A stretch of DNA of 53,396 nt, from IMG/VR virus record IMGVR_UViG_3300025072_000006, positions 1 through 53,396 of that record; one strand, given 5' to 3'. Both the position numbers and the translations under genes were made by a program. Numbering within the stretch: position 1 is the first letter of the stretch; every line of letters starts with the position of its first letter. The notes below the pieces were generated by a model. The model did no database searches. It saw only the letters and a program-made list of their open reading frames with translations, and was not told where the DNA came from. The stretch is from a virus. Taxonomy: Duplodnaviria > Caudoviricetes. This document shows positions 45,516 through 53,396 of the stretch, piece after piece.

Positions 45516-47327
45516 TTAGGTTATAACTGCCCCATATGAGCCTATAATTACCCAACCTATATTACCATCATATATTAAATCAGCTGAATCTCCTTCTTCA
45601 GTAAAAGAAATACTTGTATAGTTACTAGGAGTAGTTAGTGGTTGAACATCATCTCCCCCAGTTAAAGAATCATCATCACAATAAATAGTTAATCTTTGCC
45701 CAGGTGTACCATTCCCTAGAGTAGTAAGTACACTAGCTCCTGATAATGTTATCTTCCATACAGAGATTCCAGCAATGTTTGGTGATGTATTTGAAGTAGA
45801 AACAAAACCTGTTTGGATTAATTCTCCTCCAATATCTACATTTCCAGAGGCTGTTATATTTCCTCCTGTTCCAATTATAACTTCACTATTATTACCGTCT
45901 GTCCCAAACCTAATTGTTCCTGTTCCTGCGGTGGTTAGAAAGAACATATGTTTATCAGCAGTTTGATTAATCATATTAAAATGACTGCCTTGTGTAGTGA
46001 ATTCAGTATGGGTATCAGATTCTACATGAAACGCATGACTAGCAGAAATATCATATGCTGTAATGTTTCCACTTGCACTTATATCACTTGAGGCTATTAC
46101 TTTATTACCACTTAATGTTATATCACCAGAATCTGAGTTGATTAAGATACTTGAGGGATTTCTTAATAGGGGAGTATTAACCCTGTTATCAAAATATGCA
46201 GAAGAACCAGTAAAGTAACCATTTGCACTTATATTACTAGAGGCTGTTATGTTACCTAAAACATTTAAATCTATATTACTCCCACTTAAAATTAATGAAC
46301 CTGTTATTTCTGCATCTCCATTTAAAGTACCATCCCATTCACTAGTTACCCCAGTTAATTGTGATCCATCTCCTATGTAAGTTCCAAAGGATGCTGTTGA
46401 AGCTGCTGAACCTGATATTATTTCATCATGAGTGAGGATTATTCCTTCGTTACCTGAAGAAACATTACGAATTTGTAAATAACGGTTATAGAGGATTTGA
46501 TTATTTCTAGCATCCCCATCTGTACTACTACCTGATATTTTTACTCCATCAGGATTACCTGGGGGTGAAGTTGCACAAGTTAAATTACCACCAAAAATTC
46601 CCTTATCACCATATACATCCCCACTTGCGCTTATATCGCTTGATGCAGTTAAGGCACCTCCTACATATGAAGAAGACTCCACCCAACAGTATCTATTTAC
46701 TAATATTGATTCTGAAGAAGATATATAAGTCCCCCCATCATACCATAAACCAGCCCCCCCTGCAGGCCAAGAGGTTTTTCTTACTCCTCCTAATACTATA
46801 CCTGCACTAGCGCTAATATCTCCGGATGCTGTTATGTCTGTAGCTACTATAAGGTTATCACCATATACATCCCCACTTGCACTTATATTTCCTGAGGCTA
46901 TTATATGAGAATCTACTATAATAGCAACAGATGAAGATAAATAAGTTGTACCATCATACCATAAACTAGATCCACCGCCTCCGTTTTCAGCATATGATGC
47001 TGTTACTGCATAACTAGAACTTAATACGGACATTGAAGAAGTTTGGTTTTGCCAAGAACCACTAATACCAGCAGCTGTAAAATTACTGTCAGCTGCATTT
47101 AATGCGTGGGACGCTGTTACTGCATAAGAGGAAGATATTACTCCTGTTAAATTTGTACCGTCTCCAGAAAAACTACCGGTGACTGCACTACCGGTTAAAT
47201 TTAATGAACCTGATATTGTAATATTATATGCATCAACGCCTGTTAATGCATCAACTGACTGTGTCACGTGCCATGCTTCTGCAGTTGCACTAGTAGTTAT
47301 TCCTGATTTAGATAAATTCTTTGCCAT
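45516..47327 (-). CDS. Fibre-like protein of the same modular family as the left-end genes
   Basis: SSSYAVTASHA, ITASGxISAS and GDGSQLTG motifs; duplicated LWYDG.TY.SSS module. Confidence 0.7.
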   Translation of the reverse strand: MAKNLSKSGITTSATAEAWHVTQSVDALTGVDAYNITISGSLNLTGSAVTGSFSGDGTNLTGVISSSYAVTASHALNAADSNFTAAGISGSWQNQTSSMSVLSSSYAVTASYAENGGGGSSLWYDGTTYLSSSVAIIVDSHIIASGNISASGDVYGDNLIVATDITASGDISASAGIVLGGVRKTSWPAGGAGLWYDGGTYISSSESILVNRYCWVESSSYVGGALTASSDISASGDVYGDKGIFGGNLTCATSPPGNPDGVKISGSSTDGDARNNQILYNRYLQIRNVSSGNEGIILTHDEIISGSAASTASFGTYIGDGSQLTGVTSEWDGTLNGDAEITGSLILSGSNIDLNVLGNITASSNISANGYFTGSSAYFDNRVNTPLLRNPSSILINSDSGDITLSGNKVIASSDISASGNITAYDISASHAFHVESDTHTEFTTQGSHFNMINQTADKHMFFLTTAGTGTIRFGTDGNNSEVIIGTGGNITASGNVDIGGELIQTGFVSTSNTSPNIAGISVWKITLSGASVLTTLGNGTPGQRLTIYCDDDSLTGGDDVQPLTTPSNYTSISFTEEGDSADLIYDGNIGWVIIGSYGAVIT

Positions 47328-47343
47328 GATTTACTTCTTCTTA

Positions 47344-49224
47344 TTAATGTGATATTACTCTTCCTTTAATATCTTTATTTGGAAATTTAACTTCAAATAT
47401 ACTTGGGTCTAGAGATGGATACACAATTCCTGTTCTTGTTGCTGAGTCTAAATCATAAACATTTCCAGAATAATTTTGATCTGTATCATATAAATTATTA
47501 AATGTAGCTCCTACCACACTTTGTACTCCATTTACATTTGCAATTAAATTTAAAACTTCTGATTTAACAATCGGCTGATTTATTTGCCATTTATCAACAT
47601 TAAAATAATCTCGTACGGAATCAATACAATTTAATAAAACTTCGTTTGAATTAAAATTAGATAAAACTGATATTTCGAAATCAATTCCAATATTGATTAT
47701 AAATGCGTCTTTAATATTTACTGCATCTGTTAATATTCTATAATATCCTAGATAATTTTTTAAATTGGTTTTTATTGCATCATTTAATGCTGTTAATTGT
47801 TTAGATGAATTAAATCCTAATGTATATAAATTCATTGCTAACTGATTTTCAACCCTAGTTTCTTCTAGATCTCCTTGTGATATTTGGTCATCTGGTACTA
47901 TATATGCTTTTGATATGCTTCCAAATTTGGGAGACATTGAATAACATCGTATGATGTAATCATCTCTCGTTACTAGTCTGTTTTGAGTAGCAAAATTACC
48001 AAGTGCATTATTTTTAATATCTTGTAATGTATCTGCAGTTTTGCCTCCAGTTGCTGGTATAGGGTTGTTTACTGCTATACTAGATTTTACAAACCTAACA
48101 ATTCCACCATTGGTTGTAGAATTTGGATCATCATTATAATTAACAAAATTAATATTAGACACAGTCCCCGCAGAAACATTGTCAGTAATACCTCCACCAA
48201 CTGTATATGTAACAGTTAATGTCGTATTAGATGGGGCTTGTCCATAAGCTCTTGTATATAAAAAGTTAGATGGGTCAATATCAACATCAATAGGCCTTCT
48301 AAACCCAGCTAATCCATTTCCTACATTATCTGGATTTGGTATAATTTCTTCGTCATTGTTATCTGAAATTCCTGCTCCAAATTGTATTTCTAATTTATTA
48401 TCGCTTCTTAATCTAGTTATAAATCGTTTTGCTGTTTTTTTCAATTTTAATAGACTAGGACATGAATCTCGATATTGTACAAAATCAGGATCATTTTCTA
48501 ATAAATTTGGTACAGACTCAAAAATCGTGTCTTGTGCTAGATATGGAACATTATACCAATTATCTCCATCTGATTCTTTTACTGAAATAATATCAATAAT
48601 ATTTGTATCAGCTAAAACAACTTTATCATATTGTTTTGGTGATGTAAATGTAAACGTAGCTGTATTAACTTTTCCTGATACTGCTTTAACTGATTTTTTT
48701 AATAAATAATATGTTGGTAATGCTGTTGTATCATCACTTTCATATACCGTAATTTCCGTTGGGCTAACAGAAGATGAAAATTCAAAGTCTACTGCATCTA
48801 ATGTTCTAAATTCTGCCGGCCCGCTACTTTGTCCAACTCGCATTCCTGGCTTAATTGACAATGCATAATTAAAGTCGGGACGAACATTGTCGCCAGTTCC
48901 GATAGCCGGAACTAATTGAAATACATCTAATGTAGTATATGAAGGAATTGCATTTTTAGCAGAATATCCCAATGTTCTAGCAATATCATATATATTTTTA
49001 CGTTCAGTTGCATGTTCTAATAATGACTCCTTTAAATTGTTATCTGCATAGTAACTCAATACATCTCCGACATATGAAGCCATTTCCATAAATAACATGC
49101 CCGGAGATGTTTCATTAAAATCATTATAATCATTTGGAAAATATTGTTTAGTAAAATCAATTAAATTTTTACGAAACTGTCCAAAGTCTTTTCCTAAATA
49201 TGATATGCTTTTTTGTACTTCCAT
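47344..49224 (-). CDS. Baseplate wedge subunit (T4 gp6/P2 gpJ-like)
   Basis: DF..FRKNL, YVGDVLSYY, ARTLGY, IQFG, YTVGGG and QNRLVTRDDY motifs. Confidence 0.9.
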   Translation of the reverse strand: MEVQKSISYLGKDFGQFRKNLIDFTKQYFPNDYNDFNETSPGMLFMEMASYVGDVLSYYADNNLKESLLEHATERKNIYDIARTLGYSAKNAIPSYTTLDVFQLVPAIGTGDNVRPDFNYALSIKPGMRVGQSSGPAEFRTLDAVDFEFSSSVSPTEITVYESDDTTALPTYYLLKKSVKAVSGKVNTATFTFTSPKQYDKVVLADTNIIDIISVKESDGDNWYNVPYLAQDTIFESVPNLLENDPDFVQYRDSCPSLLKLKKTAKRFITRLRSDNKLEIQFGAGISDNNDEEIIPNPDNVGNGLAGFRRPIDVDIDPSNFLYTRAYGQAPSNTTLTVTYTVGGGITDNVSAGTVSNINFVNYNDDPNSTTNGGIVRFVKSSIAVNNPIPATGGKTADTLQDIKNNALGNFATQNRLVTRDDYIIRCYSMSPKFGSISKAYIVPDDQISQGDLEETRVENQLAMNLYTLGFNSSKQLTALNDAIKTNLKNYLGYYRILTDAVNIKDAFIINIGIDFEISVLSNFNSNEVLLNCIDSVRDYFNVDKWQINQPIVKSEVLNLIANVNGVQSVVGATFNNLYDTDQNYSGNVYDLDSATRTGIVYPSLDPSIFEVKFPNKDIKGRVISH

Positions 49225-49235
49225 TCGTGTATTCC

Positions 49236-49679
49236 CTATTCGACCAATAATACCCCATTTTCTCCAGCAAATATTGTAATAGTTTCATTAGAAACAATCC
49301 CACTAACTGTAAATTGTATTGTTATTTTTATATCATGTATTAATGTTGAATCATCTTCTTGTGTGATAATACTTAAATCAGTAATATCAATATATGGCAA
49401 CCAATAACTAATAGCGTCGGTTATCGTTGATGAAATAACATCTTTTAGTTCACTAATATTTGGCTGAAATAATAAATTTAATAAACTAGTTCCCAAATTT
49501 GGCTGTGCATACCGTTCACCTTTTCTTGTTAACAACAAACTACGTACATTTGTTTTCGCTTGTTCTAATGTAGTATATGATTTTGTAAAAACACCAGGAA
49601 CGTCAAATGGGAATTTAACTCCAATTGCTTTATTCTGAGTTATACTATCGATATTTACATTAATGATTTGATATCCCAC
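49236..49679 (-). CDS. Baseplate wedge/sheath initiator (T4 gp25-like)
   Basis: LLLTRKGERYAQPNLGT.L..LLF and AISYWLPYI motifs. Confidence 0.92.
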   Translation of the reverse strand: MGYQIINVNIDSITQNKAIGVKFPFDVPGVFTKSYTTLEQAKTNVRSLLLTRKGERYAQPNLGTSLLNLLFQPNISELKDVISSTITDAISYWLPYIDITDLSIITQEDDSTLIHDIKITIQFTVSGIVSNETITIFAGENGVLLVE

Positions 49680-50140
49680 TATCTGCCTTTTTTCTTATCA
49701 ATTGCTTTCATTAAAGCTGAATAGTCTTTTGTTATAGCAGCTGCTATAGTACTATCTACTTTTAACGTTTTACCAGTCTCTGGATCTTGCATTGTTGTGG
49801 GAGCTGTCCCATTTCTTTGCACTCCAAAACCCATTGCATCTTTTGATGTCATGACAATATCTTCATTCATCATAGACGCATAATCTCCTACACTTATTTG
49901 TTCTCTTAAAGAATTTGTTTCATTTAAAACATCAGAATATTTAGTTTTTTTAAATTTAACTTTATTTTTTACAACTGGCCTTGAAAGTTGTTCTTGCAAC
50001 GGCTTTTTAGTTGGCTGTAACTCTGAAATTGTTGATTGTAACCCTTCTTGTAGTATTTCTGTTAATTCTTGTTTAATAACAGCTCTTACTTCTTCTTGTA
50101 TTACTTTTCTTAATGTTTGAATAAATTTTTTCGATTCCAT
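49679..50140 (-). CDS. Hypothetical protein
   Basis: 153-aa ORF with helical N-terminus and DYSALMKAID C-terminus; TATTTATA upstream. Confidence 0.6.
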   Translation of the reverse strand: MESKKFIQTLRKVIQEEVRAVIKQELTEILQEGLQSTISELQPTKKPLQEQLSRPVVKNKVKFKKTKYSDVLNETNSLREQISVGDYASMMNEDIVMTSKDAMGFGVQRNGTAPTTMQDPETGKTLKVDSTIAAAITKDYSALMKAIDKKKGR

Positions 50141-50191
50141 AATTTTCTTCTTTTATATAAATATTACTATATATAATATATACCTATACAT

Positions 50192-51238
50192 TTAAAATGC
50201 CTCATTGTATTTATAATAATTTACGGGCGCTGGCCAGCCCTTAGATGTTTTCGGCCCATACATTTTTTGAGCAGCAGTATCAATATAATAATCGCCTGAT
50301 TTGCCTAAGTTAGAATTTGGTGGTTTAGTACCATTATATGATTGTGCTGGAGCTTCATGGAGTGATGTTAATAAATCTTGTTGATTTTTTACTAAATTAT
50401 CTATCATTTTAGAATATTTATTCAAATCTTCATCTGATACATTAATATCACTATATACTTCTGTACCCATTGTTGAATCATCGAGTCTGCTTTGTTGTGT
50501 ACCCCAACCAATGCCATCCGGGTTGTAATATCCACTACCAAACCAAACCCACATTCCGCCACATGAATCAGTATAAGGACTTTTTGGAGAAGGCGGCACT
50601 CCAAGAGGCTTCCCACAATCTCCACTACCAGATACCAATCTCCAATCTCCACCACTACCACCAGCACCGCCATCTCCGCCATCTCCGCCAGCGCCGCTAT
50701 TCAAAGATTTAGCTACATCTGCAGAAACATCAAATGTTTCATTATTACATATACCACCCAATTTAGATATAATACTAGCCAATTGGTTATTAATTAAAGA
50801 CATTCCTGCTTCCATTGTTGGTGGTATAAAATCTATTTGTTTTATTGCTTGTACTGCATTTGCAATAGTCATATTTTGTACCATCATTAATTCTGCTTGT
50901 AATGCAGCAACTCCTACAGCAGGGACCATAAATATTGCTGATTTTATTCCATTTGCAATTGTCATAGCAGTCTGCAATCCATTATATACCTTTTTAATAG
51001 TAGCTACTATATCTTGCACTTTTGCTATCATTTCTTTAGCATCTTCTATTTTATCTTTTATATCTTGGATTCTTGGATCGTCGCAATTAATATCATCTGG
51101 TAATTGGATAGCGTCTTGCAACGTTTCTCCGATTTTTTCTCCGATTTTTTTTATTAATTTATTAGCTTCGTTTGATAATATACTAACTCCCTTTGCTGGA
51201 AGTCCTGGTATTATATCTAATGGCGGTGTAACTGGCAT
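50192..51238 (-). CDS. Hypothetical baseplate-region protein: helical N-terminus, Gly linker and small C-terminal modules
   Basis: AAGGAG site; C-terminal GTKPP...GKSGDYYID....YGPK...W motif. Confidence 0.6.
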   Translation of the reverse strand: MPVTPPLDIIPGLPAKGVSILSNEANKLIKKIGEKIGETLQDAIQLPDDINCDDPRIQDIKDKIEDAKEMIAKVQDIVATIKKVYNGLQTAMTIANGIKSAIFMVPAVGVAALQAELMMVQNMTIANAVQAIKQIDFIPPTMEAGMSLINNQLASIISKLGGICNNETFDVSADVAKSLNSGAGGDGGDGGAGGSGGDWRLVSGSGDCGKPLGVPPSPKSPYTDSCGGMWVWFGSGYYNPDGIGWGTQQSRLDDSTMGTEVYSDINVSDEDLNKYSKMIDNLVKNQQDLLTSLHEAPAQSYNGTKPPNSNLGKSGDYYIDTAAQKMYGPKTSKGWPAPVNYYKYNEAF

Positions 51239-51251
51239 ATTGTTCTCCTTT

Positions 51252-52298
51252 TTAACTATCTCTTTTTATAAAATATTTCGAACTATTTAAATATTGTAAT
51301 TGTTTAAATGCATTTGATAATGCACCTTTATCTAATGGCAACGTAGTTATGCCGGCAGTTCCAATACTACCGGCACTAATAACATTAAGAATATCCATTA
51401 ATATGGACATTAATACATCTCCATGAACCATTGCTTCGCACGCAGACTCATCACCAATTTTTAATTCAGGTGTGTTAATTGTTACTCTTGTTTTTGCATC
51501 TAACGCAATGATATCTTTTTTTGCTTGTAATATAATTCTATCCGCACTCCCTATTAATTGTGGAGAATTATATTCACTTTCACTTTTCGATCCATAATTT
51601 CCTAATGGCTTACTTAATGTAAAATTAGGAAAATTTTGTGTTGATGTTAAATATAAACTAGCCCCATCTTTTTTAATATCCTCTATAACAAATTCGTTAT
51701 GTCCTGGCTTATTATTTCTTTTATTAGAAAGTATTATAATCGGGTCTCCACGATTTTCATTAGTCGATTTCCAAGTAGGATTCAATGTATAAAAGTCTTC
51801 GCTGGCGACATCATTAGATATTGAACTTCCCAATCGAATACTGTTACCCCACCGGCCTTCTACTAATACATCTCCTTCAAATGGCTGTAATGGAGAAATT
51901 GTTTTATCTTCAAATGTGTTTCCCATTGGTCTGTCGTTAATAGAATCAGGCACTCCAGAAAAATCATTTATCGAAGTAATAGCCAATCCAGGATGTGAAT
52001 TTTCATGTATAGATGATTCAATACTATATGCTGGAAAATAATACCACTGCTTCGAAGAATTCCTAGATCCAACCTGAGTTTCTTTCCCTCCAGGGAAAAT
52101 TAATAATTGTTCTCCAATTACTGGTATTTGTTTTATATTTGGATTTGCTGGCCTAACGGTAGCAAGCCATGGGGTATCAGAAATAATTTTTACTGTTACA
52201 GAAAATAAATTGTTATCATTTTTATTGTCACCAGACTTATTATATTCATACGTGTTTTCTATACTGACAACTTCCGCTAAATAAAATTCAACTTTCAT
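51252..52298 (-). CDS. Baseplate hub/central spike protein (gp5-like, no lysozyme domain seen)
   Basis: IPVIGEQ (OB-fold-like), EGDVLVEGRWGNSIRLG, ADRIILQAK and VHGDVL motifs. Confidence 0.6.
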   Translation of the reverse strand: MKVEFYLAEVVSIENTYEYNKSGDNKNDNNLFSVTVKIISDTPWLATVRPANPNIKQIPVIGEQLLIFPGGKETQVGSRNSSKQWYYFPAYSIESSIHENSHPGLAITSINDFSGVPDSINDRPMGNTFEDKTISPLQPFEGDVLVEGRWGNSIRLGSSISNDVASEDFYTLNPTWKSTNENRGDPIIILSNKRNNKPGHNEFVIEDIKKDGASLYLTSTQNFPNFTLSKPLGNYGSKSESEYNSPQLIGSADRIILQAKKDIIALDAKTRVTINTPELKIGDESACEAMVHGDVLMSILMDILNVISAGSIGTAGITTLPLDKGALSNAFKQLQYLNSSKYFIKRDS

Positions 52299-52722
52299 TT
52301 TTTCTCTCCAACGACTCTTTAACGTTTTTTATTTTTTCTTTTAGCTCTTTATCCTCATCGTCAATTTTTTTGATTTCATCTGACAACTCGTCCTCAAATG
52401 TTTCTTCGGCAACTTTTAATAATTGCAATTTTTCTTCTTCACTTAATAATGAAGTTTCTCCGGAAATTGTCTGTGTAGCGGATATATAACGCTGGACTAT
52501 AGCGGTTAATTTAACCAAATGGTCATCGTTCTTCACTGCAACATCTAGGTATTCTTTAATTAATGGTACTATAATAGTAGCATCAGATGCATTACGTATT
52601 AATGGTTGTAATTGAGATATTAATTGATTTATTTGTCTATCTTTCTTTTTTGAATTGTGATAGACATCGGACATTAGGTCGGCAAAGCTAGTTCCTTTGA
52701 ATAATTCTTCTTTTATGTCCAT
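52288..52722 (-). CDS. Hypothetical coiled-coil protein
   Basis: 144-aa ORF with an AAGGA site and a TATTTATT motif upstream. Confidence 0.6.
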   Translation of the reverse strand: MDIKEELFKGTSFADLMSDVYHNSKKKDRQINQLISQLQPLIRNASDATIIVPLIKEYLDVAVKNDDHLVKLTAIVQRYISATQTISGETSLLSEEEKLQLLKVAEETFEDELSDEIKKIDDEDKELKEKIKNVKESLERKNES

Positions 52723-52746
52723 AGTACATCCTTTTAATAATAAATA

Positions 52747-53396
52747 TTAAAAAGGTAAATTCACGAACTCAGTTTGTTCGTATTCGAAAAACTTTTCATT
52801 GTAGATGTTTTTTAGAACTTTTATAACTCTTGTTATATTATTTGTTTGTAGTCCTGTTCTCTCACGAATGAAAACATACAATGCTTTTTTATTATATTGT
52901 TCTATATTTTCTCGTTCTGCAAAAATGTGTAATATAGAATCAGCAACATGTATATCAGATTGATTTGTAAATATATAATTTAGATTATCATAACAATGTA
53001 CAATATATGCATCCATAAAATACTTTAAAGTTTCTCGCATTTCATCATTATGCATTTCAATTTGAACATTTCTATTATCATCAATGTCTACAGGCTCTGC
53101 TTTTCTTTTTAATTTTGTATAACCTTTTTGATTTTCCGCAATCAAATAATTAAATGTAGTTCTAGTATAATATGAATACGCTCTCCCGGCTAATGGGTTG
53201 AATTTATCTAGCCGAACTGTAAGATATGTAACTATATCTGTTTGTAGATCTTGAAATGTGGAATCTATATATTCACACTTCATTTTATTAATTAAATTTT
53301 CTGCTAATTTCATAAAGGCAGGAAATATAAATCTTCTATATATTCGCTCCTTTAACACTGGTTCTTCTGCGCATTGATTATACGCAGATATTGAGC
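52747..53396 (-). CDS. Late-transcription sigma factor (T4 gp55-like), 5' end truncated by the window edge
   Basis: LDKFNPLAGRAYSYYTRTTFNYLIAENQK resembles sigma region 2 of gp55. The frame stays open past 53358 to the edge (..SISAYNQCAEEPV). Confidence 0.7.
   Translation of the reverse strand, partial: SISAYNQCAEEPVLKERIYRRFIFPAFMKLAENLINKMKCEYIDSTFQDLQTDIVTYLTVRLDKFNPLAGRAYSYYTRTTFNYLIAENQKGYTKLKRKAEPVDIDDNRNVQIEMHNDEMRETLKYFMDAYIVHCYDNLNYIFTNQSDIHVADSILHIFAERENIEQYNKKALYVFIRERTGLQTNNITRVIKVLKNIYNEKFFEYEQTEFVNLPF

Noticed and set aside
2016-50712. All plus-strand ORFs and short nested minus-strand ORFs in the track (e.g. 13612..14079, 17520..18149, 22553..23122, 1639..1869)
   Set aside because: They overlap well-supported minus-strand genes, have shadow-frame composition and show no recognisable motifs.
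52288-52722. Terminase small subunit assignment
   Set aside because: Size and helical content are compatible, but no diagnostic motif was recognised and the gene is far from the large subunit.
1-53396. Stop-codon reassignment
   Set aside because: Core genes are full length in the standard code, and TAA, TAG and TGA all end genes at sensible boundaries.

Overview
AT-rich segment of a large T4-like (myovirus-type) phage genome. Every credible gene is on the minus strand and reads in the standard code. In transcription order (right to left) it holds: a gp55-like late sigma factor (truncated by the window edge), a baseplate module (gp5-like, gp25, gp6-like wedge and further wedge/fibre-anchor proteins), and two candidate head-packaged proteins. 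Next come a small replication block (endonuclease I-like resolvase, primase, fused SbcD-SbcC), a 945-aa three-domain enzyme, terminase, portal, prohead protease, a phage-encoded ribosomal protein bS21, scaffold, major capsid, neck/tail-terminator proteins and a tandem array of modular fibre-like genes running off the left edge. No tail sheath or tube, tRNA, CRISPR or mobile element was recognised. The host is inferred, not shown, to be a Bacteroidota species. Main points of interest: (1) a recurring upstream motif TATTTATA, the reverse complement of the T4 late promoter, next to a divergent gp55; (2) bS21 together with Shine-Dalgarno-like sites on structural genes; (3) a nucleotidyltransferase-HAD-ligase-like polyprotein with prohead-protease-like sites and proteins with T4 capsid-targeting-like N-termini; (4) fibre genes built from near-identical DNA blocks around divergent domains; (5) a promoter plus AT-rich repeat origin candidate and a two-hairpin leader on the scaffold-capsid mRNA. 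All homology calls come from motif recognition by eye, not from database searches.
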